The notes beneath the pieces were generated by a model. That model made no database searches. It had not been told where the DNA came from and worked only from the letters and a program-made list of their open reading frames with translations. A stretch of DNA of 37,239 bases from a virus. Lineage: Duplodnaviria > Caudoviricetes. The number at the start of each line of letters is the position of its first letter. Position 1 is the stretch's first letter. This document shows, in pieces, positions 16,495 through 25,273 of this stretch. The DNA is taken from positions 1 to 37,239 of the IMG/VR virus record IMGVR_UViG_3300017911_002528; one strand, 5' to 3'. Position numbers and translations under genes: made by a program.

Positions 16495-19400
16495 ATGGCT
16501 ATTGATCTTGACGTACATGGTAATACCAAGCCGCTTGAAGCGGCGGTACAAGCGGCTGTAAATAGAATTCGTCGACAGCCAATAAAAATAACAATCGACG
16601 ACAAGGGTGCTACGCAGCCATTGGGCAACATGAAGCGTGGTGCTGATGAGTTCACCAAATCGATGGAGGCAGCGAATGCTCGTATTCTTGCGTTCGGTGC
16701 GAGTATGGCAATCATCAATGGTGTGGGCAATGCATTCAAGGGCATGGTCAAAAACCTTGTGGAGGTGGAAAAATCACTTGCTGATATCAATGTTGTTATG
16801 GGTCTAAGCGCTCAAAACTTGGACAAATTTAGTGATGGACTTTTTAAAGTGGCGAAAGAAACTGGTGCGGCATTCAGAGTTGCTGCAGATGCTGCCACAG
16901 AATATGCTCGTCAGGGCTTGGGTGTTGAAGAATCTTTAAAAAGAACGCGTGATGCTTTGGTTCTGACTCGTTTGACCGGTATGGATTCTGCCGAGGCGGT
17001 AAAATCTTTGACTGCTGCAATGAACACATACGGCAATCAAATCAAAGACACCACACAATTGGTGAGTAAATTTGCTGCGGTTGATGTTAAGTTTGCGGTT
17101 AGCGCTGAAGATTTCGCGGATGCTATTTCTCGTACTGGTCAATCTGCAAAAACTGCAGGAGTTAGCATTGATGAGCTTGTGGGTATTGTGACCTCTGCTC
17201 AACAACAAACTGCTCGTGGTGGTGCGGTTATTGGTAATGCGTTGAAAACAATTTTCACAAAAACAGGGCGAACTGATACGCTCAATCAACTCGAAAATTT
17301 AGGTATTGCAGTACGCGATCTAGAAGGAAATACTCTTGGCGCAAAACGTATACTCTCTGATCTAGCCAATACATTTGACAAGCTGAGCGAAGCTCAAAAA
17401 GCGCAAATTACTCAAACAATGGGCGGTTTATTTCATATCAATATTTTGAAAGCTGTTTTGAGTGATGCCGCAAAACAAAATGGTATCATGGCTGAGGCTA
17501 CCAGAATATCTGCTGGAGCTACAGATGAAGCTATACAAAAAAATGAAGAGTTGCGCAAAACAATGTCTGCTGTTGCCACAGAAACTGGACTCGCAATCAA
17601 ACAAGTTAGTGCGCAAATAGGTGAAATTGCACTTGCTCCAGGAATGGAAAAGATCTTAAACACTGTCAAAAGTCTTGCCGAAGGATTGAGCGGAGTATTG
17701 GGAGATGGAGAAACTACGGGAAGTAGTTTTGCCACTGGTTTTCTTAAAGGTATTGGTAATGTTATTACTGGGCCAGGATTGGTGGTTCTTGCGGGTGTAT
17801 TTTTCAAATTATTTGGTCAAGCATTAAAGTTTACAAAAGAAAGTTTGACATCGTTGGTCGGCGTAACAACCGAAAAACAAAAACAAAAAGCCATACAAAC
17901 AAGCTTGGTTGCATTGTTTGGTCAAAACGCAGCGCTCAACAAAGAAATGTTGCGCACAGATATTGGTCGCACCGAAAAAGAAAAAATCATACTCGGCCTA
18001 CTCAAGGCACAAGTTGTTGAAGCTAATGCATTAAACAAATTGACTGCTGGCATGGCTGGCACATTATATCGAAAAGGATATGGTGCGAATTTAACACCAA
18101 TTGGCAAAAAAGCAAGCGGACACATTCCAAATTTTGCAAACCCCGAACGCGCACAAGCTGCACGAGGAGGGTATGCCGCTGGAAGTATTCGCAGTATGAA
18201 CATGCCTGGCGAAGGCCCAGTCATATACAACAGCGCAGAAACAGTAAAGAATTTCGCGGGCTTTAAACAACCCGCAATCATGCCGCCACAATCCAGCAAA
18301 GCTGGAAAAAATTATCAACAAGCATTTGGCGATATACATGGATTCGATCCATATGCTGCGGGGGGATATATACCGAATTTTGCGCAAACATATAATGCGG
18401 ATAGTAAAATGGTATTATTTGCTGGTTCTGCTCAAGATGGCGGTGGATATACTGGTCCAGACAGAAAGAAAAATATAATTTATATAAACCCCAGTGCAAA
18501 AAGCGGAGATAAAAAATTTAGCGCTACAAAAAAAACCGGGATGAAGGCTGTGAATGTTCCATATTTTACTATTGGTAAAGATGATAAAGAGCGAGAAGCT
18601 AATGATCCTAAAATTAAAAATAAAATACAGGGAGACTTAATTAAGCAAGCGCAAAAAACTTCGAATCAACTTGTTAATTCGCTGTTTAAGATGCCTAGTA
18701 TTCCCAGCGTAATAACATCTTCAGATGTAGCAGTTGCTTCTGGTAAAATTTTTGAAAAAATTATCATGTCAGTTCAGAAAGGAGTTGCTAAGGAAGCTTA
18801 CGGCGTAGACCCTCCAGGAAATGCATTGTTAGATATTCCTAGGCCTGGCAGAGATGCATTGTGGGATTTATTTGGGGCTGGACCGCTTGGAAGTCTTGGG
18901 GCTGAAGCTAAAATAGCGCTAGGAAGTGGTGGTGATGCAGCCCATCTTAAATCTGCCGCAGAAAAATTCTACAGGATTGATAGTTATGAGGGTATAGGAG
19001 GAGCAAAAGCAATGGCCTTTGCTCCTAAGGGTCAAGTTTCTCAAAAAAATTTAGCAAGCCTGGGTTATACTTCTGAGCTTCAAGACTATATTAACAAAAG
19101 AGGGCAAGAAGGAGACCCTCTGGTTCCGGCACAGAACAGCAAGAGGACTTTTGCGAGTTGGCCAAAAGGTAAATACGGAAATTTAGAAAGATTAAAAAAC
19201 GATTTTTACTCCAAAGCTCGAGCATACGGCCACATCCCCAACTTCGCTGACCCATTATCAGATGCGATAGGACGAGAAAAAGCTGCTGGTGTTCCTGTGT
19301 CGCAAATTCGCGTGGGATCGCATAGCGCACTCATGAGCAAGGGTAATCCTCTCGGCCTCGGCGTAACCAATACACATGATGAGCCAAATGGTTTGCGTGA

Positions 19401-22400
19401 TGTATTTGGTGCGAATGGATTTGTGCCGAATTATGCAGCTCAATTTCAGGAGGGCGATTTTAGCAAAGGCTCTTGGGCTCAAAATAGAAAATATTTAAAC
19501 AAAGCAAATAGAATGCTTGCTAGTTGGACCTCTAAGCTTGAGGAAGGTTTGATTTCAAAAAATCAATATAATAAATATATCAAAATGGCCTCTCGGTCAA
19601 CTAATGACCAAGCGAAAGTTTCCAAAAGAGTTATAGCTGAAAGTAAAAAATATACTACCTCGATGGGCCGAGCTGGAAATTATCTTAAAACTTTATCTCA
19701 GGGATATAAAGATGTTAGTAAGTCATTTTCAAAAAGTGGTGCTGGAAAGTTTTTTAATAGTAATGGTGCCCAAATGGGTCTTATGATTGGAGCTCCTATG
19801 CTAGGCGGCATGTTGCAACAAGGGGGTCCCGAAAAAGGGGGTTTTGGTTTTAACACAGGCGGAGCATTGGTAGGTGCTGCAACTGGAGCTTCTATGGGAA
19901 TGATTTTTGGACCTTTGGGAATTGCTGTTGGTGGTGCCGTTGGAGCTATTGTCGGATGGACAGGAGCAGTAAAAGAAAGTAATCAGGCAGTTATAGAAAA
20001 AAATAGACGCGAGCGAGAAGAAAAAAAAGCTGGTTTTGTGACTACCGGGGTGGATATATTCTCTGGGCGAATAAATCCAGGTCAACAAATTGGAAACGTT
20101 AAGGGACTGGAAGAGTTTCAAGGAAAAACTATGCTTGAAGTATTCGAGTCAATTCCTAGATCTTATGGAGAGGCAAACAAAAAACTAAGAGAAGAACAAA
20201 AAAAACTCCAAGGAACATCTCAAGAAAAAGCTGAAGCAAGTAAGCGACTTGAAAAAAAATATGGAATGGGCTCCGCTGAGCTTGCGTTTTCTAAACAGCA
20301 GGCATTAATTACTGCGATGAGCGGCAGAGAGAAAGAAGTGTTTAGAGGTAAAGAAAAATTAGAAAAATTTGGAATAGATAAAGAAACTGCTACGGGTGCA
20401 GAAATAATGACTGCAATCAAGAGTGCTGACGCTAAAGAGCTTGATGCTTTGTTTAATGCTTTAAAAATAATGATGCAGGGTTCCGCCAAAACAGAAAAAG
20501 AATCTGCGGCTACCGCTATTCGCCAACTGAATATGAGGAAGGCAATGTTAAGGGTTCAAGGACAAATAGATCAAAATTTAAATAAAATCAAAGAAAGCTC
20601 AATGATGAGCCAAATGAATTTCAAGTGGATTGAAGCGTTTGGTTATACAGGTAATGAGCTTGTCAAGTCTCAGATTACATATTCAAAAGCTCTCAGTAAA
20701 GCTTCTAACGATTTAGAACTTCAACAAGAACAATTAAAAGGCGAGGCGGTTACTGGTATATTTAATCAACTTAATTCATCCACAAATCAAGCAAATCTTA
20801 AAAACTTCTTAACTAAAGATGGAGGTGCGAACGTTCAAAATCTAAACATAGATGAAAAAATAAAAAAAGAATTAGAAAGACTCTCCAAAAAGACAGGGGT
20901 TGTTGATTTAACTCAAGCTTTTTCTGGTTTAAATTACGAACAGTTAATTGCTGTGTTAGATGAAATGGCCAAAGCTGATACTAACATCAAAATAATTAGG
21001 GATCAAATTGTTGAATCTTATGATAAAGAAAATCAAAAACTACAAAACAACTATGATTTAACCACAAAAACCGCAGAAGAAAATAAAAAATTAAATGATG
21101 CAATTGGCAAAAGAGTTGAATTATATAAGGCTCTAAATAGAGAAGCAGAATATCAAGATCGATTTCGCGACTTAGATAATCAAAAAACTGATGCAAATAA
21201 CCGACTTTCAGATTTAAGGTGGAAAAATGCAAATCGATATGCCACAGAGTTGGCGTTGGCAAATAGAGAATTGAAGGAATTGCAAAGAAATTCCGCTCAG
21301 GATTTGGTTGATAAAGAAGCAGAAATGACTGCCGAGACTATTGATAGATTGATATCAAAATATAAAGAACTTGGTATAACCATTGATGAAGCAAAATTTC
21401 AAAAAGTAAGGGGAATGGGGAGGTTAAGTGGAATTTCAATAGAAAATCTTGGCTTAGAGCAAAGTCTATATGATAAGGAGGATATTCCCGCGATCAAGGC
21501 TGCTGGAGCTAAAGAAATAGATGATAGGATAGAAGCGGTTAATGCTAGTGAAGACCCCCGTGAAAAAGCAAGGCTAAATCAAGAAATTAATGAACTACAT
21601 AAAAAACAAATGGAGTTAAACTCCTTGATGAACGTGCAAGATGAATCTAAGTTGGAATTACTTCAGGGAGAACTCAAGAACTTAGATCAAGAACTCACCT
21701 CAAAAAAAGAAATATTAGACACCGAAGAAAAAATAACCCAAGAAAAAATAAAACAAAAAAAAGAAAGCCTAGACATGTCTTTCGGGGCAGGGTTTAAGCA
21801 GGGTATCGCCGATTTACAAAATGAAATTGATATCATAGATAAAGAGCTTGGCAGAAATGTTCCGCGAGCTTTCGCCGACGGACTTGCTGGTGCAATGACC
21901 GAAGCAATTAATGGAACAAAAAGCATAAAAGAAGGATTAACTGACGCCGCGATTAGTTTCCTTGGCATGATACAGGAAGCAATGATGAAAAAAATGGTAT
22001 ACCAGATGGTTGGATTGCCGTTTTCTCAAGGTGGAAATGTGCGCAACTATAGTCGCGGTGGAGGAGTGCCTGCTATGGTAAGTAATGGTGAATATGTTAT
22101 GGGGCGCGATGCTGTGGCTAAATATGGCGGCGCATTCATGCATGGAATGAATGCTGGTGGACGTATACCTGGATTTGCTGGTGGTGGATCGGTAGAACAG
22201 GATTTATTGGCGAGAGGAAAAATAAGAAGAGAAGGTGCGCCAGGGGGTCCTGCGGCACAAGGTTCTGCACTTGCCGCAAATTTCGGAGGAGGACGAGGAT
22301 TTGATTCTGGCAGATTGTATCAAAGAAGAGCGATGAGTGGCGCTTTTTATGCTCAATCTGGTAATGTGGGACTTGCAGAAGACACAAGCGCAATACAGTC

Positions 22401-23226
22401 AATCCTTTCAGAAGAAGAGCGTCGCAGACAAGAGGCAGAAGCAAAACGCCAGGCCAAAAAAGCAAAACGCAGACAGTTGCTGGGAATGGTTTTGGGTACA
22501 TTAGTTACTGCAGGATTGAGTAGTGCAATGCAGGGAGGTAATTTAACAGGTACTGCAAAGGCCGCTGGATATGGAGCAAATACCCCTGCAGGAGTAAATA
22601 TGGCTATAGATTCTAGTGGAATGGCCGTAAGCACTTTGCCTGGGGCTGACATGACTGCCGCAGCACTACCGATTAGCGCGGGAGGAAGCGGTTTAACTAA
22701 TATAACCCCAACACGCAGCTTTAATCCTCTTTCTTGGGGAAGTCCATCAACTATAAATCCTGCATTAGCTCCATTTTTTTATAACCAAGAATACTTAGGC
22801 GGCCCAATTCGCAAATACGCCAGCGGTGGTCACATCGCAGGAAAATCTGGCATCGACCAAATTCCAGCCATGCTCAGTGAGGGAGAATATGTTATTCGCG
22901 CAAGCAGTGCTCGTCAAATTGGGCGACCCATGCTTGATCGCATAAACGCAGGAAAATTTTATGATGGTGGCGCGGTCAGTGAAATCGCAGGTTCAAGTGA
23001 AACTGGATCAACTGGCGGCAACACAAATAACATCAACATTTCCATAAACATGGAACGCGGTTCATCCAATCAAAAACAACAAAAAGAAAACGAATCAAGC
23101 GGAGTAAATCCAGCAGATGCATCAAGCGACGAAAAGAACAATTCGGAACTTGCTGAACGTATAAAACAACAAGTTGTATCTGTTATAATGGAAGAGCAGC
23201 GTCCAGGAGGGCTATTAAGTGATTGA
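16495..23226 (+). CDS. Tail tape measure protein (TP901-type core), 2243 aa
   Basis: N-terminal core (EKSLADINVV...EYARQG...GAVIGNALKTIF), Gly-rich hydrophobic segments, long coiled coil, C-terminal GG...IPAMLSEGEYVI and I.EEQRPGGLL. Confidence 0.93.
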   Translation: MAIDLDVHGNTKPLEAAVQAAVNRIRRQPIKITIDDKGATQPLGNMKRGADEFTKSMEAANARILAFGASMAIINGVGNAFKGMVKNLVEVEKSLADINVVMGLSAQNLDKFSDGLFKVAKETGAAFRVAADAATEYARQGLGVEESLKRTRDALVLTRLTGMDSAEAVKSLTAAMNTYGNQIKDTTQLVSKFAAVDVKFAVSAEDFADAISRTGQSAKTAGVSIDELVGIVTSAQQQTARGGAVIGNALKTIFTKTGRTDTLNQLENLGIAVRDLEGNTLGAKRILSDLANTFDKLSEAQKAQITQTMGGLFHINILKAVLSDAAKQNGIMAEATRISAGATDEAIQKNEELRKTMSAVATETGLAIKQVSAQIGEIALAPGMEKILNTVKSLAEGLSGVLGDGETTGSSFATGFLKGIGNVITGPGLVVLAGVFFKLFGQALKFTKESLTSLVGVTTEKQKQKAIQTSLVALFGQNAALNKEMLRTDIGRTEKEKIILGLLKAQVVEANALNKLTAGMAGTLYRKGYGANLTPIGKKASGHIPNFANPERAQAARGGYAAGSIRSMNMPGEGPVIYNSAETVKNFAGFKQPAIMPPQSSKAGKNYQQAFGDIHGFDPYAAGGYIPNFAQTYNADSKMVLFAGSAQDGGGYTGPDRKKNIIYINPSAKSGDKKFSATKKTGMKAVNVPYFTIGKDDKEREANDPKIKNKIQGDLIKQAQKTSNQLVNSLFKMPSIPSVITSSDVAVASGKIFEKIIMSVQKGVAKEAYGVDPPGNALLDIPRPGRDALWDLFGAGPLGSLGAEAKIALGSGGDAAHLKSAAEKFYRIDSYEGIGGAKAMAFAPKGQVSQKNLASLGYTSELQDYINKRGQEGDPLVPAQNSKRTFASWPKGKYGNLERLKNDFYSKARAYGHIPNFADPLSDAIGREKAAGVPVSQIRVGSHSALMSKGNPLGLGVTNTHDEPNGLRDVFGANGFVPNYAAQFQEGDFSKGSWAQNRKYLNKANRMLASWTSKLEEGLISKNQYNKYIKMASRSTNDQAKVSKRVIAESKKYTTSMGRAGNYLKTLSQGYKDVSKSFSKSGAGKFFNSNGAQMGLMIGAPMLGGMLQQGGPEKGGFGFNTGGALVGAATGASMGMIFGPLGIAVGGAVGAIVGWTGAVKESNQAVIEKNRREREEKKAGFVTTGVDIFSGRINPGQQIGNVKGLEEFQGKTMLEVFESIPRSYGEANKKLREEQKKLQGTSQEKAEASKRLEKKYGMGSAELAFSKQQALITAMSGREKEVFRGKEKLEKFGIDKETATGAEIMTAIKSADAKELDALFNALKIMMQGSAKTEKESAATAIRQLNMRKAMLRVQGQIDQNLNKIKESSMMSQMNFKWIEAFGYTGNELVKSQITYSKALSKASNDLELQQEQLKGEAVTGIFNQLNSSTNQANLKNFLTKDGGANVQNLNIDEKIKKELERLSKKTGVVDLTQAFSGLNYEQLIAVLDEMAKADTNIKIIRDQIVESYDKENQKLQNNYDLTTKTAEENKKLNDAIGKRVELYKALNREAEYQDRFRDLDNQKTDANNRLSDLRWKNANRYATELALANRELKELQRNSAQDLVDKEAEMTAETIDRLISKYKELGITIDEAKFQKVRGMGRLSGISIENLGLEQSLYDKEDIPAIKAAGAKEIDDRIEAVNASEDPREKARLNQEINELHKKQMELNSLMNVQDESKLELLQGELKNLDQELTSKKEILDTEEKITQEKIKQKKESLDMSFGAGFKQGIADLQNEIDIIDKELGRNVPRAFADGLAGAMTEAINGTKSIKEGLTDAAISFLGMIQEAMMKKMVYQMVGLPFSQGGNVRNYSRGGGVPAMVSNGEYVMGRDAVAKYGGAFMHGMNAGGRIPGFAGGGSVEQDLLARGKIRREGAPGGPAAQGSALAANFGGGRGFDSGRLYQRRAMSGAFYAQSGNVGLAEDTSAIQSILSEEERRRQEAEAKRQAKKAKRRQLLGMVLGTLVTAGLSSAMQGGNLTGTAKAAGYGANTPAGVNMAIDSSGMAVSTLPGADMTAAALPISAGGSGLTNITPTRSFNPLSWGSPSTINPALAPFFYNQEYLGGPIRKYASGGHIAGKSGIDQIPAMLSEGEYVIRASSARQIGRPMLDRINAGKFYDGGAVSEIAGSSETGSTGGNTNNINISINMERGSSNQKQQKENESSGVNPADASSDEKNNSELAERIKQQVVSVIMEEQRPGGLLSD
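18112..19437 (+). repeat. Four G-x-(I/V)-P-N-(F/Y)-A peptide repeats in TMP
   Basis: ASGHIPNFA (18112), AAGGYIPNFA (18355), AYGHIPNFA (19222), ANGFVPNYA (19411). Confidence 0.85.
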
Positions 23227-23228
23227 TC

Positions 23229-24176
23229 ATGTTTCCTTTTTTTATTCCTTTAATTATTGCTCGCTCTTTAAGTGATACATTTCAATTATCGCACGTTGGT
23301 ACATACTCTAATTATGATTATTCATTGGTTGTTGATGGATACGAATTGTTGGGGGTACAAAGTGTAGATGCTAGTTATGGAATAAGTGAAAAACCAGTGC
23401 GCGTTGCTGGTGTAGGATTTATTGATGCAACAATAGACAGCCCGCTACAGGGAAACTTTAGCGTCAACAGAAAAATGGTGAGCAATGATCCATTGTTTAG
23501 AAAAAATAGTATTGGCTCGTATGTTATGGACGAATCAGAAATGGAGGGCGCGATTTTATACGACAATGGAAACAAAAGTTTTGGGTTCACCAAGGCCAGA
23601 GTATCTAGATATAGCGTGAGCTGTAGTGTGGGAGAGATTCCAGACATTCAAACAGATTTTACTGTATATGGAAGTTTGGGAAAGAATGTGGCCAATTCTC
23701 CAGCTTCAAAAATTCATCCCGCAATAAAATATCCAGATCAAGCAAGTATGCGCATTTCGGTGAGCGATTTTGCGGTGGACGCAATTAGTGATTTTAGTTA
23801 TAGTCGAACAATCAATACGCAACCAGTTTATGGTTTACCAAAAGGAAATTTATCTGACTGGAATAACGCTCAAGCTGGCACAAAAAATTTAGATCCAATA
23901 CAAATCGACACACAATATCCTATAGAAACTGATATCAATTTTACTATTCTTGCTGATGAATATGAAATACGTGAAATAAAAGATCGAATACAAGCAGCTC
24001 CAAAAAGTGATGTAAAAATAGAAATACTTGATGCAGTTGATAATAGTTTGATCAATGAGTTTGAGGGTAGAAATGTACATTTGATTGGAGAAAGTGTGAA
24101 TGGTACAACAGAAGAGGAAATGAGTATCTCGTTGACATACAAGGGATACGAAACCTTGCATAATGATATATCATGA
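23229..24176 (+). CDS. Tail-tube-like minor tail protein
   Basis: LLGVQSVDASY and RYSVSCSVGEIP echo RVQS..Y and NYSIEAAVGGMP of the tube paralogues; start uncertain (TTG 23223 or ATG 23229). Confidence 0.55.
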   Translation: MFPFFIPLIIARSLSDTFQLSHVGTYSNYDYSLVVDGYELLGVQSVDASYGISEKPVRVAGVGFIDATIDSPLQGNFSVNRKMVSNDPLFRKNSIGSYVMDESEMEGAILYDNGNKSFGFTKARVSRYSVSCSVGEIPDIQTDFTVYGSLGKNVANSPASKIHPAIKYPDQASMRISVSDFAVDAISDFSYSRTINTQPVYGLPKGNLSDWNNAQAGTKNLDPIQIDTQYPIETDINFTILADEYEIREIKDRIQAAPKSDVKIEILDAVDNSLINEFEGRNVHLIGESVNGTTEEEMSISLTYKGYETLHNDIS

Positions 24177-25273
24177 GTGGTCCACTTTTACGTTTCGAAG
24201 ATGGTAAAATATCTATCGGTGGCAAAGATTTGTTTGCCAGTAGCGCGAATTTATCGATATCTCCGGCGCTAGAAGTTGAAAGGGTATATGGCGAATATGA
24301 TGCGAAAATAGCCGGTGCAAAAACAGAATTTGTTAAGTTTTCGCCGAATCAAGGATTGCGCGGACAGCTGGAGGTATCGTTTTTTATATCTGCCGAACAA
24401 TTTGCTGAGGGCGGCAATCCAAATACAATCAATAGAATGTTTGATATAGCTGCGGGAATGAGTGAGGCGCCAATAAATGATAATGTTGTTGGTCGTTATA
24501 GCTTTAATAATATGTATCTTAAATCTTTTGCTTTTGATATGAGTCCTTTTCAAATTGTTCGTGCCACTGCAAGTTATGATATATATGGTAGTGTTGAGCG
24601 TGTGATTGATAGAAGATTTAGTAAAAGTGAAGTTGATTTCGCGCATTCATTAAAGTCATTTGGTTCGTTGATTGCAAGTGATTCGTATCAGTATGATTAT
24701 GAGGGATATGTTTTATATCATCAGGATTTAAATGATTACTATGAGAATCCCGCAAGCACATGGGATTATGATCAAGATGGTTTTTCTGAGCCCGTACAAA
24801 GTCAAACAAAAGAAAAATTTGGAGAAAGTCATTGGACGCTTGCTGGAAGTGTTGAGGGTCGAGAAGCTCCACCCAAGGTTTCGACCTTGAATGAATTTGA
24901 GATTGCGAGTTTAAAATATAATATATTAGTGAATAGAAAAGTACATGATCATATTCGCGCGAATGAGAATACAAGCGTAAACACAACAGCAAATGGCACT
25001 TCGCCTGTTAGGGTAACTGTGGAAAGTATAGAAAAAGAAATGACCATTGAATCAAGCGAAATGCTTGAGAATATAAATGCATACGGCGACAAACAAGATT
25101 CAACCACCCCGTTTGGTTTGAGTGATTCAAGAATAGATGCTTTCTTGTTGTCTATGCAAGGCGAAAGAATTGCGCGATTTTCTGCAAATGGAAAAATACA
25201 AACTCAATCAATGAACATTGCTGAAGGTCAATATGCAAAAGGAAATATCACAATAAAAGAAATAATAAAATGA
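24173..25273 (+). CDS. Minor tail protein, distantly tube-like, with small insert
   Basis: Beta-rich; ATGA overlaps at both ends; between TMP and the gpM-like gene. Confidence 0.5.
   Translation: MSGPLLRFEDGKISIGGKDLFASSANLSISPALEVERVYGEYDAKIAGAKTEFVKFSPNQGLRGQLEVSFFISAEQFAEGGNPNTINRMFDIAAGMSEAPINDNVVGRYSFNNMYLKSFAFDMSPFQIVRATASYDIYGSVERVIDRRFSKSEVDFAHSLKSFGSLIASDSYQYDYEGYVLYHQDLNDYYENPASTWDYDQDGFSEPVQSQTKEKFGESHWTLAGSVEGREAPPKVSTLNEFEIASLKYNILVNRKVHDHIRANENTSVNTTANGTSPVRVTVESIEKEMTIESSEMLENINAYGDKQDSTTPFGLSDSRIDAFLLSMQGERIARFSANGKIQTQSMNIAEGQYAKGNITIKEIIK

Noticed and set aside
18112-19437. CRISPR-like array or intein in TMP
   Set aside because: Repeats are synonymous-diverged peptide motifs with irregular long spacing; no intein terminal motifs recognised
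16458-22652. Many antisense ORFs within TMP and other long genes
   Set aside because: Shadow frames of well-supported genes with no recognisable motifs
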